A stretch of DNA of 62,601 bases, filler included, from Stramenopiles sp. TOSAG23-3 (GCA_900128585.1; 7 parts of 7 records of this genome joined end to end with filler, not necessarily neighbours in it); one strand, 5' to 3'. Shown: positions 41,876 to 54,098, counted from the whole stretch's first letter. Numbers and translations are program-made. Notes: generated by a model not told the origin, from the sequence alone.

Positions 41876-43636
41876 TCAATCCTTCGCTGGGTTCCAATAC
41901 CGTAAAGCGGTGCTGTCGTATTTTCGTCCAAATTTCATACGGTTGAGATACTGTGCGGATGCCTGTTTGTTGCGCGCTTTGTTTTTTTCTTGCTGCTCCT
42001 TTGAGATAATTCTTGGGAGGCTTGAAAGGCTTGATGAATAGCTGGCCATTGCCCCGTTCTTGAACGATTGAAGTTGTTTTTCGAGTTTAGACACCGCTGA
42101 GCTGCTCAAAGCAGGGAGGGCCTGCGTCTTCTCTCTCGTTTTGGATCGTTTTCTGCGCCTTCGCTTCTTCTTTTTCTGCTTGCCCGACAACTGTGGGACA
42201 GACATGGAAATCGTCATTTTCTTCGCCTTCCATTCGTCTATGTCTTTCGTGACCCTCATCTGCATCTTCTCTAAAATGTTCTCGCGAGACTCCCCCCTCC
42301 GGCTGGGAGGCTCCTGTTCGACTTCGGGCGCTTTCTTGTTGGCCTTGGTCGTCCCTACGTTGGCCTTGCAGATGGCCGTTTTTCGCTTGTGCCAAGACTT
42401 TATCTCGTTCAAGCTGTTCACGTTCTTCGTGTCGCTCAAAAATTCGACCTGAAAATACTTTGCGCAAAAGTTTACCATCCGCTTCCCATGCTTAGGGTGG
42501 ACGCAAATGTTGTAAAAGGCGTCTGCGGGTATCTCGAACACTTCGCAGACGTTTGCGTGGGTGCAAAGGCTCGCCTGGTACGTCAGTTTGTACAGCGGTA
42601 TGTTGGTCCGCGCACCATTGGACACCTCCATCAACCCAGACGCAAACTCGTGCCTTCTAAACTGGTCTATTTCAAGGAGGGAAAATTTCGTCTTCTTCTT
42701 TCCCGCGCCGTCGGGATGTTGCATTTGCGTTGCCTCGTTCCTGACGCGGCGAAAGGACCGACATTTCCCCCGCTTGATAAGAATGACGCGGTCCACCCGG
42801 TGTCTCTCCCTGGTGATGACGGTGTTCGCTTTGTACAACACCACCTTCCACGTGTTCAAAAAGGCTTTGAGGGTTTTTACGTCTTCCTCTTCTAGTGCGA
42901 AGAACCTAAACGCGTGTTTTCCAAAACCGTTTAAGTTTTGGACTACGTCGAAACGCTCTTCGATTTGAGTTCTCAAATAGTCTTCCTTGGCCCGGTTATA
43001 GGCGTCCACGTGCACCACGGCCATGACCCCTGACTCCAGCGCAATCCCACTGGCCTTACGGTGCCACACAAAGTTCTCTGGGTCTACGAAATACGATGTC
43101 GGCCACTTTCCATCGGGCTCTAAAATGTGCGAATCAATCGATTCGCACGCGTTTTTTTCGCCCAACTCCATTATCGTTCCAGAATTCGCAACGGGTTCCA
43201 ACGGGTCGTCGTCCTCGCCGCCGTTCTCGGCGTTGTCCGTGCCGGGCCCCAGCACACTCCCGACCACCGAGTTCTTTTTTATTTTCTCTTTATTTTCTGC
43301 CATTTCAAACGGTTTGAACATACGGACTTTGCCAGAAAGGAGAAGAAACACGCTCGTTGCAATTTCCCCATTCTTGCAAATCGTTTCTCCCTTTTCCATC
43401 ATGCATATTTCAATATCCCGGGTGACTAGCTCTCTTAATTTGGGGTGGATCGATTTAAAGACGTGAAATGAGTTCAGCACGCTCGCCACCAGCCGGGACT
43501 CCTCGCCCGTCGTGTACTCCGCGCTCTTGTGCGAGATGGCGACTAACTTTTCCACAACCTTTTCATTGAACAAAGGGTTGTTCGCAGCGTAAGTGTTCAA
43601 ATTCAATCGATGCTTCCTGTGCTGCATTCCAGGCAT
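41876..43636 (-). CDS. Cyclic-nucleotide-binding domain protein (two cNMP-like domains)
   Basis: KGETICKNGEIATSVFLLLSGKV...RKAS and KANTVITRERHRVDRVILIKRGKC. Confidence 0.8.
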   Translation of the reverse strand: MPGMQHRKHRLNLNTYAANNPLFNEKVVEKLVAISHKSAEYTTGEESRLVASVLNSFHVFKSIHPKLRELVTRDIEICMMEKGETICKNGEIATSVFLLLSGKVRMFKPFEMAENKEKIKKNSVVGSVLGPGTDNAENGGEDDDPLEPVANSGTIMELGEKNACESIDSHILEPDGKWPTSYFVDPENFVWHRKASGIALESGVMAVVHVDAYNRAKEDYLRTQIEERFDVVQNLNGFGKHAFRFFALEEEDVKTLKAFLNTWKVVLYKANTVITRERHRVDRVILIKRGKCRSFRRVRNEATQMQHPDGAGKKKTKFSLLEIDQFRRHEFASGLMEVSNGARTNIPLYKLTYQASLCTHANVCEVFEIPADAFYNICVHPKHGKRMVNFCAKYFQVEFLSDTKNVNSLNEIKSWHKRKTAICKANVGTTKANKKAPEVEQEPPSRRGESRENILEKMQMRVTKDIDEWKAKKMTISMSVPQLSGKQKKKKRRRRKRSKTREKTQALPALSSSAVSKLEKQLQSFKNGAMASYSSSLSSLPRIISKEQQEKNKARNKQASAQYLNRMKFGRKYDSTALRYWNPAKD

Positions 43637-44463
43637 CGTACGATTCGCGCGTGTTTATATATATAGACGACGACGATAGATATTCAAAATCCAATCTAAC
43701 TTTTGTAAACGATATGTGATTTCATTCTTCATTCCACTATGTAATGTAGGTATCGCAGTACTGCACTCCGTCCCCGTATGTAACTATATTTTTTTATTAT
43801 TATATTATATGAGTGAGAAAGGAATGAATAATATTTTTTTATATATTTATATGAGATGAGACATCTTCTTCTTTTAGATGGATGATGACCTTCTTCTTCG
43901 TTCTTCTTTAAAAAAAGATTCCAACGTACACCTATTAGCTATTATTATTTATAGACTAGTTATAATAATAAATATAAGTAAAAAAAGAGGAAGAAGGAAT
44001 TCTTCTGTGTTTTGTTTTTGTTTTCTTCTTCTGTGATCTTCTGTCTTCTGTGAGTTGAGTTGAGTTGAGTTGAGTGACAACAATATCTACTAAAATAGGT
44101 ACGTAGGGTACGGTATTAATATTTATTATACCTTTACCTGTACGTACCAGGTATTACAATACCTGGGTACCGGTCGAAAAATTTAAATGTATTAAAACGT
44201 AACATTAAGGGATGGACCAGATAATCCATCTACAAATTAAGGATATGTGTTTATATGGATAATGATGGAAGACTCTTTTTAATGATAAGGCTATCTTATC
44301 TGTCTAAAGGGATTTAGATGAAATCATTTATTGATATTTAATTAAAACTAAATAGAATTTAAAAAGTGATGGAGTATACTTATTTTATATATACACAGCA
44401 TGTATAATTATATAGACACATATCCTTAATTGTGGTTTATCTCCAGCTCTAAATACCAGAAGT

Positions 44464-44500
44464 AAGAAGAAGAAGAAGAAGAAGAAAAAGAAAATGAAGA

Positions 44501-44531
<31 letters not shown>

Positions 44532-44706
44532 GGAAGAAGAAGAAAGAAGAAGAAAGAAGAAGAAAGAAGAAGAAAGAAGAAGAAGAAGAAGAAGAAGAAA
44601 GAAGAAGCTAGAAGAAGAAGAAGAAGAAAGAAGAAGAAGAAGAAGAAGAAGAAGAAGAAGAAGAAGAAGAAGAAAGAAGAAGAAAGAAGAAGAAAGAAGA
44701 AGAAAG
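44464..44706. repeat. (GAA)n simple repeat at contig end
   Basis: Seen directly. Confidence 0.95.
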
Positions 44707-44806
44707 NNNNNNNNNNNNNNNNNNNNNNNNNNNNNNNNNNNNNNNNNNNNTTAATTAATTAANNNNNNNNNNNNNNNNNNNNNNNNNNNNNNNNNNNNNN
44801 NNNNNN
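44707..44806. other. Artificial contig linker
   Basis: N44-TTAATTAATTAA-N44. Confidence 0.98.
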
Positions 44807-45390
44807 GTTCAATCGGTCGAACAAGAACAGTACATGCACCTCAAAACTTTCTGGAAAACAAAATCAATGTTCCGCGCTCGCCGCTCACCTGCCGCCGGCC
44901 GCTCCTCCTCTCTTTTCTTTTTTTTCTATTATTTATTATTCTTCGTCCGTCGACAACAAAAAATTAATATAATTTTTCTTCTTCTTCTTCAGGAGAGGAG
45001 GAGGAGATAATAGAGAAGAGAGTATAGTATGATGATGTGATTCCATTTTTAAGGTAATAATTTTAAATAAAGAAGAAGGTGAGATATTAATAAATATTTA
45101 TATAATATAGTCATATTAATTATTTAAATAATAATACTTTGTCTTATTTAACATATATATATATATTAATACCTTAATATTAAAGGTTTGTGGATGGATG
45201 GACGGAGAATGTGTTTTTAATTTTTTTTAGTTTGAACTTTTTATTATAGTATTAATTATCGCTGTTTACTAAAAAAATACATGGAAATACCAAGGTAGTA
45301 TTCCGGTGTCATAATATACGAGGATACTAGAAGAAGGTGCAGCAACCAAAAAGCTATAAGGGTGCTTGCTGTTGGCCCCCGCCCAAATCA

Positions 45391-47181
45391 TCAAATTTGT
45401 ACTTTGTCGGCAAAATAGAGCTGTTCTTCAATTTCTAATTCAGTTTTTCCATTGTTCCAAGGATCCATACTTGCTCCCTTTCCTGTAAGTTGTCGGTTTC
45501 TATTGTCCAATCGTGTTATTCCGAATATTCGCTGGCGCTCGGGCATGATTTTATACTCTACGGATGACGCCTTTGGCAAGACTTGGGGCGTTTTCGATGT
45601 TTTTTTGGGGGGGAGGGACCGCGGGTGGTTGTAGACAACGCCCTGCTTTTGGGAGTCGGGGTTGGGCTCTTTTCGAACCTTAGATGTCCTCTTCACGGGA
45701 GATAGACGAAGGCTACCCATTCCAAGACTTTTCGACGTTTTTCTCATGGGGGAATGCTGGGCAGGGTACAGTCCAGTATCGTTGAATGCGTCGGAAGAAA
45801 TTGCCCTGGAACTTTCTAATCGTCTTCTATGCAGTGGTGATATCTTCTCGTTGCTCGCAAAACTGAGTGTCTTCTTCACATTAAACCGCTGCATATCGTC
45901 GTACTTGTCCATCTTCTTTTTGTGCAGGACGCGTGATAGACGGTAATGTCGTTTTGGTCTTTTCTTCTGTAAACCCTGTTCTAAAATCATGTCTACGCGG
46001 GTTTTCTTTTTTTTCACGGGGCTGATGTTGAACGGGTCGTCTACCAATCCATTGCGCCCGGCGGTTTTCTTTTTCGGGTTATTCTCAAACGAATGAAAGC
46101 GAACTTTTCCCTTTGATGCTTTGACTTGGGCCTTCTGGGCAACTACACGAGTCTCTTCCTTTAACAGAATGGCGGCGACAGGCTCAGAGTACGCTAAAGA
46201 AGACTCTACGTCACGTAAAAACGTTGACCATTTCGAACGAACTTCGTTTACCCTTAAGAACTTCAGCACACTCGGCCAATTTGCCATCACCCGGCAGGCT
46301 TCGTAATGCTTGTTTTCCGCCGCTACGTCCAACGGGTTCATCCCTTCTTTGTTTGCAAGCAAAGGCTTGCCCCCAAACGAGAGGAGGCGGGCAACTATTT
46401 TTGCGTTACCCAAGTGAGCAGCCGTGTGCAATGCTGTTTCGCCGCTGTGGAGAACAGCGGCGGCTGGGTCGGAACCGTACTGCAACAAGAACTCTATGCA
46501 AGTTTCAGCTTCTATCCTTTTCACCTTTTTGGCGAAAAACGGGGCTTCAAGAAAGCAGCTCCAAGCCACGTGCAAAGGGATCTTTCCGAAAGCATTTCTA
46601 ATATTTGGATCTGCTCCAAAGTTGAGCAAAACTTTGCACATCGTTAAGTCCCCCTTTCCAGCAGCTACGTGAAGAAATGTGTTGCCCATCGGCTCATGGC
46701 AGTAGTTCAACCCATCAAAATCGTCAGGGACAGACATCAGGAACCGCTTCACCATGTCATGATTTCCTTCCTTTACCAACCGTAGCACCCGCGTTAATTC
46801 CGCTATTTCATCCTTGCTGTAGTTACTATTTCTTCCTCGCAATAGAGACTCGATTTTTTCCGATTTTTCAGTAACTACCTGCTCCAATATATCAATCTTT
46901 TTCGTCGTGACTTTTTCCTTTATTGCTGCGAAGTCCAACCCCACTTGGTGGCTCCTTTCCCCCAACGATTCTCGCTGCAATTTACTCTCTGCATCGTACT
47001 TGTTAATCTTTTTTATATTTTTTTCATGGCGCCTTATATTTCGCAATTCGCTGGTTACCCTGGTGCCAGCTATTGGACTCTTCTTGTTGTTTATTTTTCG
47101 CAACACATAGTAGTATTCTGTTGGAGAGCGCTTTTTTTCATCGCCATAGTACCATTTTAGTGCTGCAGCTGCCTCGTTCAT
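45391..47181 (-). CDS. Ankyrin-repeat protein
   Basis: GNTFLHVAA, GKIPLHVA, GETALHTAA and GMNPLDVA. Confidence 0.88.
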   Translation of the reverse strand: MNEAAAALKWYYGDEKKRSPTEYYYVLRKINNKKSPIAGTRVTSELRNIRRHEKNIKKINKYDAESKLQRESLGERSHQVGLDFAAIKEKVTTKKIDILEQVVTEKSEKIESLLRGRNSNYSKDEIAELTRVLRLVKEGNHDMVKRFLMSVPDDFDGLNYCHEPMGNTFLHVAAGKGDLTMCKVLLNFGADPNIRNAFGKIPLHVAWSCFLEAPFFAKKVKRIEAETCIEFLLQYGSDPAAAVLHSGETALHTAAHLGNAKIVARLLSFGGKPLLANKEGMNPLDVAAENKHYEACRVMANWPSVLKFLRVNEVRSKWSTFLRDVESSLAYSEPVAAILLKEETRVVAQKAQVKASKGKVRFHSFENNPKKKTAGRNGLVDDPFNISPVKKKKTRVDMILEQGLQKKRPKRHYRLSRVLHKKKMDKYDDMQRFNVKKTLSFASNEKISPLHRRRLESSRAISSDAFNDTGLYPAQHSPMRKTSKSLGMGSLRLSPVKRTSKVRKEPNPDSQKQGVVYNHPRSLPPKKTSKTPQVLPKASSVEYKIMPERQRIFGITRLDNRNRQLTGKGASMDPWNNGKTELEIEEQLYFADKVQI

Positions 47182-48051
47182 CCCGCCAGGTCGCGGTCGA
47201 CTGCCACCAGTCTGCAAGTGCTGACTGTAAAGAGGGGTTCAAACCAATTTTGAAATCTGCCTTGTTTTTTATTACCTAACTTTTGCAACCCAATGTTTTC
47301 GGCTGTAATGTAGCCTTCTTCAGGGGGGAAATAGAAACAACAAAAACTAGACGACTACGAGGATTCGAGCTGCGAAGAACAGCAACAACAAAAATTTGTA
47401 CAAGTTGAGTGATGAGATTTTCATTGTTGAATTATTTTTTTTATCGTAGTATTACTGTATTATGTTAATAATTTAATAGCTTCATAGCGTGTTGATTCAT
47501 CATGAAATTATTGTAATGTTGTCCTATATTAATTATTTTCCACGTTATTTCCTCGTCGTAGTTGTTGTATAGTTATTATAACAACCTCTTCTTATTATTA
47601 TTATTTTTTTCTCGCCTCGTCGCTCGTCATCGCTCGCGGACTTTTTTTCTTCATTCTTCTTCATCTTATTTTAATAATAAATAATTGTCCGTTTTTTCTG
47701 TACGTAGGTATAGCATGTACGGTGCCGTAGTAGTTGAGCTTTGTGGTAAATAATACTATTTCTATATTATTTATACTGCAACGGAACAGGTACGGTAGGA
47801 GGCAGTAAGTAATAAAAATAATTACGTATTTGTCATTAATATCATTTGCGAATATTGGTGAGGGGCGTAGTGTTTCCAAATGGCATCTGTGCCATTCTCA
47901 CATGCACATTCTTTGAAAAATCATTTTAGAAAAGAAGCGTATAGAGGCATCAATGTTGTTTAATGGATTTTGAATACTACGTTTTTCGTTCATGTGTGTA
48001 AGGTTTTTGTAGGTAGTAAATAGTCGTGTAGTAGTTGTTGCCGGGTGCAGC

Positions 48052-51000
48052 ATGGAGCAAACGGCAATCCAACTACCGGAAATCGTCACACCGGCAGTGA
48101 CGGATGAATATTTGGGTGGGATAGGTACAGCGCCGATATCCGTTAGTACGGATTTTTTGTTACGAAAGTCCAGCTGCGTGCACTATGGTGCCCCCTCTGT
48201 CCTTGCCAATTTTTATCATCACCCAGGAATAAACAGCGTGAGCAGTGACGACGAAGAGTCTCGCACGAAAAAACGAAAGAAGAAGAAACGAAAGAAGAGA
48301 AGAAGAAAGAAGCGAAAGAAAAACCAAGTAAAGCAGTTGAAGAGTGCTAGTCCGGCGCGCCCTGTGAGCCGACGAACAAAATTGCTTCGCTATTTTTCAC
48401 CGGATACATTACAACCAAAAGTTAGGCTGCAGCCAGCACTTAGTCCAATAAAACTTGTGGCTATGAAAACGCGAGCAGAAAAGTTAGGACAACTGTTAGT
48501 TTCAGACGTTTCGGACACTATTAACACTTCCGTCGATGCCCTCGTAAACTTTACGGAATTGTTGACCACACAGCGAAAAAACTTAACGCCCGCCACTGTA
48601 CATTTAGGATCACTCCATTCTAAGAAGCTCGTAAAGGTTCGCTATAAAAAGGAAATGGCTGCCATAATTATCCAACGCCTGTTCTCAAGAAATTTTTTAG
48701 CCCGTCAACACGCTGCGGCAGTGATTATACAATGTCGAGTTCGTGAGCACAACTGGTGCAAAGAGGTCATTCGGAACCTGCGCCACCGCCACGGACAGCG
48801 TTTTCTTAGGGGGGTATTTTTCACAATGCACGCGTTCTGTCACAGCCGTCAAGAAGCTAAGCGGATGGCGAAGAGAATTCTGAAAGGAGTTCAAGCGAAA
48901 TGTTTCATTGCATGGCAAGGCTGGACTGCTGAGGAACTTAGGATAAAGGAGGAAAAGAGAAAGAAGGCGGTCAGTCGGATTGTTAATGGGAAAATAGCCC
49001 GTTCGTTCGACGCATGGCACCACTTTGTAGTGAATAACATCAAACTGCGGCAACATGAAAAAAAGAATGCCACTAAAGCCTTATTTTTCCGGGTTAAGGC
49101 ATGGAAAAGGTGGTGCAAAGGAAATCGCGCGAGCAACATCATTCGAAGATTCTGGAGAAGTATGATGATCCCTATTGCAATGCACCGGGCATACCTGCAT
49201 CGGCAGCACAATGCTACGCAGATACAAAAGATCATGCGAGCCTTTTTGTCACGAAAGTACGTTGCCGCGCTGAAGATATTCGTAGCCGCTACAAAAATAC
49301 AAAAAACATTCCGGGGAATTTTGGGGCGGGCAAAGGCCCAAAAAGAGAGGGAGAATACCATTCTTCGAGAGGAAATTCGTTCGGTTCGGGAGGAGCACGC
49401 AGTTATGGACGTGATGGACAATGCGCAATCTATAGTTTCCGCTTTCTTAAAATCGTATCGCGGCCGGCAGACCGTCAAACGCTACGAAAAATATTTGTGG
49501 GGATTGAAGCGCGTAGACGAATCGAACGCCGACAAGGTGCTCACTAAAACGTACCAAATAAGAGGGGAAGACGAGGATGTATTGGAATTGGAAGACAATT
49601 CTATGCTTCGGGGCACCCGTGAGTTCGTGTCCGTGGCGCAAATGGTGGAGTTTGCTTACAGCGTGTTCGATCTGGTGGATGTATCTCGCCACGGGGTTTT
49701 GAACTCTAAGCATTTGGTCGAAGTAATGAAAGAAATTGGCGTTTCGGACCCTGAGTATGACGCCTCTACCGTTCGCAGGGAGCATAGTAACCGGATTCGT
49801 TTCGAGCATTTTTCGGAGTGGTTTGTTGCCAGCTACCCGCAATGGGGTGGAGAGAGCAGAAACTTTTTTTCTCGGGCCAAACATAAACTGGGGATGCATC
49901 GACGCGCTGCTGCCTACCGTGCCGTAAAACAAGCTTCTCTCGATATCGTCCGAGAAATCGCTGTGAAAACATTTCGACAGAGCAGCGCACCGAACTTCGA
50001 AGACGATGTCACCGGGCATGCGTATGGCACGTTAAGGCAGTTTAATGCCAGCCAGACGGGAAAGAAGAAAAAGAAAAGAGGGCCCTTCAACCACTTGCGC
50101 AAATTTAGCAAAGCGGGTGTAGCCAAAGCATGGCTAAATCATGAAGAGCACAGTGCGTTGCAGAAGCTGACTTCGCTGGTGCTGCACGACAAGCAGATGG
50201 AAATTCTTAGCGAGGGTGCTGGTCATCACTTTAACCTTTTGTCGTCCAACGCAGAGCTTGTGTTACGGTACAAAGACCACCGATTGTTCCACAGGAAACG
50301 ATTTGACGTAGTTCTTCCACCTCTGTACGAATCCATCGATTTGGACAGGGAACTGTTTTACGAAAGATCTGGAATTGCTGATAGTAATATTAGTCGCTCT
50401 GGGCACGTTCGTTTAACCCATGGATTGGGGCATTCGGTAATTGTGAGAGCAATAGGGAGGAATGGGCTTGTAATAAAGAGGTCTGACGCTGCGTTGCCAG
50501 AAGAAATCAACCGTCTTACCAACGCAACCATTAAGATCGGAGATCAAATTTATCTGTACGTCGATATAAAGGGAACATTGAAGCACGAATTTCTCCTGAC
50601 GTCAAGGGAGATCGAAGATAGCGACGACGATGACGACGACGATGATGCTGGTAAAGGCGGTTATATGGCACGCTTAAGGAGAAAGCATAAGAAGAAGCGC
50701 TCCCGAAAAACGGATGTGTATAAAACGAAGCGCAAAAGCAAACTGGAGAAGGGGTGGGGTAAGGTGGCTGGTTTTCAACGGCTTAAAGCGGCGGCTTCCC
50801 CGGGCAGTAAGTTCGGCGACGGCCAAGAAAAGCAAAAACAACAAGAACCTGTCGAGCCCAAGCGCGTTCTAAGCGATGTGCACAAGAAGGAGGTGAGGGC
50901 GGCTCCTGAGGAGGCCAAGGCTAAGTCCGAGGCTATGGTTCCCGAGAAGCCCCTGCGAGTCGATAACGGTAAAAAGGAGAGTCTCGCGGCCAAGGAGCTT

Positions 51001-51111
51001 CGTGCTGAAGAGCGCATTCCTAAGAAGTCTGCCAAGACCGAAGAGAAGGCCTCCAAGTCGGTTCACTTCGCTGAGCCGCTTGTGTCGTCCACATCGGATT
51101 CGGTACGTTAA
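48052..51111 (+). CDS. IQ-motif, Sfi1-like repeat and EF-hand protein
   Basis: IQ motifs AAIIIQR, ATQIQKIMRAFLSR and ATKIQKTFRGILGR. CFIAWQGW and SFDAWHHF are Sfi1-like. FDLVDVSRHGVL is EF-like. Confidence 0.75.
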   Translation: MEQTAIQLPEIVTPAVTDEYLGGIGTAPISVSTDFLLRKSSCVHYGAPSVLANFYHHPGINSVSSDDEESRTKKRKKKKRKKRRRKKRKKNQVKQLKSASPARPVSRRTKLLRYFSPDTLQPKVRLQPALSPIKLVAMKTRAEKLGQLLVSDVSDTINTSVDALVNFTELLTTQRKNLTPATVHLGSLHSKKLVKVRYKKEMAAIIIQRLFSRNFLARQHAAAVIIQCRVREHNWCKEVIRNLRHRHGQRFLRGVFFTMHAFCHSRQEAKRMAKRILKGVQAKCFIAWQGWTAEELRIKEEKRKKAVSRIVNGKIARSFDAWHHFVVNNIKLRQHEKKNATKALFFRVKAWKRWCKGNRASNIIRRFWRSMMIPIAMHRAYLHRQHNATQIQKIMRAFLSRKYVAALKIFVAATKIQKTFRGILGRAKAQKERENTILREEIRSVREEHAVMDVMDNAQSIVSAFLKSYRGRQTVKRYEKYLWGLKRVDESNADKVLTKTYQIRGEDEDVLELEDNSMLRGTREFVSVAQMVEFAYSVFDLVDVSRHGVLNSKHLVEVMKEIGVSDPEYDASTVRREHSNRIRFEHFSEWFVASYPQWGGESRNFFSRAKHKLGMHRRAAAYRAVKQASLDIVREIAVKTFRQSSAPNFEDDVTGHAYGTLRQFNASQTGKKKKKRGPFNHLRKFSKAGVAKAWLNHEEHSALQKLTSLVLHDKQMEILSEGAGHHFNLLSSNAELVLRYKDHRLFHRKRFDVVLPPLYESIDLDRELFYERSGIADSNISRSGHVRLTHGLGHSVIVRAIGRNGLVIKRSDAALPEEINRLTNATIKIGDQIYLYVDIKGTLKHEFLLTSREIEDSDDDDDDDDAGKGGYMARLRRKHKKKRSRKTDVYKTKRKSKLEKGWGKVAGFQRLKAAASPGSKFGDGQEKQKQQEPVEPKRVLSDVHKKEVRAAPEEAKAKSEAMVPEKPLRVDNGKKESLAAKELRAEERIPKKSAKTEEKASKSVHFAEPLVSSTSDSVR

Positions 51112-51243
51112 AAAGACAAAGATTTTTGCTTTCTGCAAACATAAGAATTTCTTAAGAATTATAGAGTGTACTCTCTTATAATAAAAAATAATTTCTTGAA
51201 AAATGCACGCACCTTCATCTCTCAAAATATTAAGCTTATTTTT

Positions 51244-52176
51244 TTACGAAGTACTCGTGCTTTTTTGGTCCTCTGCCTCCACGCTTCCATCAACATTGAT
51301 TCGCAACAAGCTCTGAACAGTTTCGCGACAAATAGGGCATCTATTGGTTTGTTTTCTTAATGACTCTGCACACTCGTGGCACAGGCACATATGTCGACAC
51401 GGCAATACTGTGGTGTTCCTGGGTTCGGACATGCACACTACGCACTCGTTGTCTTCCTCGTCGGCGTTGCTTGCTATGCCAAATATTTCCTGAACGTCGT
51501 ACGCGTTTTCGTGCCCTTCCACAACGATCTTTTGCTTCGTCACTTGTGCTTTATATTCAAGACTACCTCCTCCGACCTTGCTTAGTTTTGCATATGTCGT
51601 CTGAGACGACAATGACCTGCCGTTGCTGTCCTGTGACATGGAGTTCAAAGATATGACAAGGTCGTAGGTTTTATCCGACGAAAAGTCCAACGTATTAAAG
51701 TCTACTGGTTTGTTTTCAGGCAACTCTGTGGAGTACGACTGCGCGCTACTTCCCTCGCTAAAGGCGGTCTTGCCAAGTGCTATCTTCGCCGCGTAGTCCA
51801 AAGGTCTCCCACCACTGTCTAGGTCCTCTGCAGCACAAAAGTAAATGCAAACTGAGCATGGCTGGGTATTTGCGAATTCGAAAGTTACGCGATAGTGCCC
51901 ATCGCTGTCTTTGGCTTTCACCAGTTTCAAGGACGGCTTGTTCAGAGCAAAGTGGTTTCTTACGGTTGTCCTATTATGTTCAATTGGTGCTGGCCGTGCG
52001 GGCCGCTGGTTGTATTGCTGCTGTCCCTGTACAGCAAGGGCTTGGAGCATGTCCGGCGTGAATTGCGGGTCGGTGTCGCCCTCACCAAAAAGCCCGTTTC
52101 CCGCACGGTTTTGGCGACTGCTGCCACTCCCCATTCTATTGTTCCTACTGCTAGTCCGAGACCCTCGGTTTCCCAT
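51244..52176 (-). CDS. MGRN1/RNF157/LOG2-like RING E3 ligase
   Basis: MGNRGS myristoylation start, and YDVQEIFGI...ECVVCMSEPRNTTVLPCRHMCLCHECAESLRKQTNRCPICR. Confidence 0.9.
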   Translation of the reverse strand: MGNRGSRTSSRNNRMGSGSSRQNRAGNGLFGEGDTDPQFTPDMLQALAVQGQQQYNQRPARPAPIEHNRTTVRNHFALNKPSLKLVKAKDSDGHYRVTFEFANTQPCSVCIYFCAAEDLDSGGRPLDYAAKIALGKTAFSEGSSAQSYSTELPENKPVDFNTLDFSSDKTYDLVISLNSMSQDSNGRSLSSQTTYAKLSKVGGGSLEYKAQVTKQKIVVEGHENAYDVQEIFGIASNADEEDNECVVCMSEPRNTTVLPCRHMCLCHECAESLRKQTNRCPICRETVQSLLRINVDGSVEAEDQKSTSTS

Positions 52177-53083
52177 AAAAAATTACCAACCCAAACTTTC
52201 GGCCGAAAGTCTTCGTATAATTTTTTGTACAAAAGGAAATAAAACAACTTTTGTTTCCTTGCACAAATTAATATTCCTTCCGCTTTTTTTAATCTGTCCC
52301 TGTTCAACCGTTCGTTTGATTTACCAACGTGATCTCTTCTTCCTCCCTTCTTTCTTCCTTTTTTCAAAAATTAATACATAGACGACTAATCTATTTCGTA
52401 CACGACTATTTATTGCTTATTGAACGTACAATAATAATAATAATAAACATTATTATTATTATTTTGAGAATCAAGCGAACAACAAACAAAGAAGAAGAAG
52501 AAAGCAAAAGAAGAAGAAGTGTTTCTTCATTCTTCCGTTGTTGTTTTGAGTTCTTCGTCGTCGAAACGGAAAGAAAAAAAAGAGAAAAAAATATTATTAA
52601 ATTATTTCTACGTAATAATGGTGGGTCGGTCTATGTTGATGTTGATCAAATAAATAAGGACTAATGTATTAGACACTAATAAACACCGACATTAAATTAA
52701 TTTGTCGCATCTTTTAGTTTAGTATATAACTTTCCGTACTTATTGAGTAAATAATTGACTGATACTTTGTGGAATTGTGTTTTGTAATTCATCGTACTAT
52801 TAACCTTAATAATGAATATATAAATGAAGAAAAAAATGCGACGCAACAAAAAATGATGAAACATATGATTGATGATGATGATGAAATATGAAAGATCTGT
52901 CTGCCTTTTTGCAATTTAAATAGCCATTGTCAACAATGATCATTTAAGATGTAAAAAGAAAAAACGAAACGAGAAGAAGAAATTTGTTTTTAGTGAATCG
53001 TACATATATATATAATAGGGAGAGAGGTAAAGGGAAAGATAAAGATTTCGTTTCTCAAACGGGTTGAATTTGAAACTTTGACT

Positions 53084-53655
53084 ATGGCTTTTCGTATTGG
53101 TCGAAGACAAAACGATAGTGGCTACGACAAAAACGTTGGAAAGGATTTTCGATCGCTCATCATGAAAACGAGTGCGGGTTATGGCAAGCGTTCGTCTATT
53201 AAGATGCCCCACGACGAAAGCCCCGATCATCCTAGGTATATAAACGGTGTGCCATACATTGTTCCATTGCAAAGGCAAGAACCCTATCATGAGATAAACA
53301 TGTCACGAGAATCTGATATTTCATCGTTAGAATCTCGCTTAGGAAGAAGGGGGTCGCTGACCCAGCGATTCGCAATGCAGAATGAAGACAAAGAAAAAGG
53401 GTGGAACAGAGACGTACATCCAACCCGTATCCATTACTATCCGGACAAAGGGCCCATGTCCCCCAAGAAAATTCAAATATCTCGCGAGAAAAGAAAAGAA
53501 ACCCTGAGGATGTTGCCAACATCGACAGCTGGCGTGGCCAGGATCGCCACCGATGCATCGAGGGAGAGGCTACTACACGATAGAGTAATGGCATGGGAAG
53601 AACAACATTTTCTGGAGGAACTTGAGTACAAGGCTGGAATCGATCGGGCAGTTCC
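53084..53655 (+). CDS. Hypothetical protein, 3'-truncated
   Basis: ATG at 53084, with the frame open to the contig edge. Confidence 0.6.
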
Positions 53656-53755
53656 NNNNNNNNNNNNNNNNNNNNNNNNNNNNNNNNNNNNNNNNNNNNT
53701 TAATTAATTAANNNNNNNNNNNNNNNNNNNNNNNNNNNNNNNNNNNNNNNNNNNN
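53656..53755. other. Artificial contig linker
   Basis: N44-TTAATTAATTAA-N44. Confidence 0.98.
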
Positions 53756-53756
53756 T

Positions 53757-54098
53757 GTAGGGAATTGGATAATTGGTTTACCATTAGGCTTTGCATTTGC
53801 ATTCTCCAAAGGACTCTGGCATAGTATTCAGCTAGCAAGTATTACTGGGTATGAAACAGAAAATAAAACGGGAGGATTACTTGGTTTATGGTGGGGTCTT
53901 ATTATTGGATATGCTTTTGTTGGTATTGGTTTTATTGTTATTTTTCTACAAATGAATTGGAAAAAAATAGCTCGTAAAGTAAAGGAATTGAAAATGAATG
54001 AAGAATGCCTTTCTTGTCGTACAGATGATATATCTAGTCATGAAACAAAAAATCTTACTGAGATTAATATAGAACTATCAGATTTTGTAATACAATAG
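53757..54098 (+). CDS. C-terminal fragment of a MATE-family transporter; missed by the ORF track
   Basis: Manual translation gives NWIIGLPLGFAFAF...GLLGLWWGLIIG...MNWKK, matching MATE TM11-12. Confidence 0.8.
   Translation, partial: VGNWIIGLPLGFAFAFSKGLWHSIQLASITGYETENKTGGLLGLWWGLIIGYAFVGIGFIVIFLQMNWKKIARKVKELKMNEECLSCRTDDISSHETKNLTEINIELSDFVIQ

Noticed and set aside
44051-44076. (TGAGT)n as a telomeric repeat
   Set aside because: Only about 5 internal copies; an ordinary microsatellite.
44494-44754. Poly-E/R/K ORF
   Set aside because: Translation of a GAA microsatellite at a contig end.
8870-53755. TTAATTAATTAA palindrome recurring about every 8.9 kb
   Set aside because: Artificial six-frame stop linker between contigs sorted by decreasing length; the periodicity is not biological.
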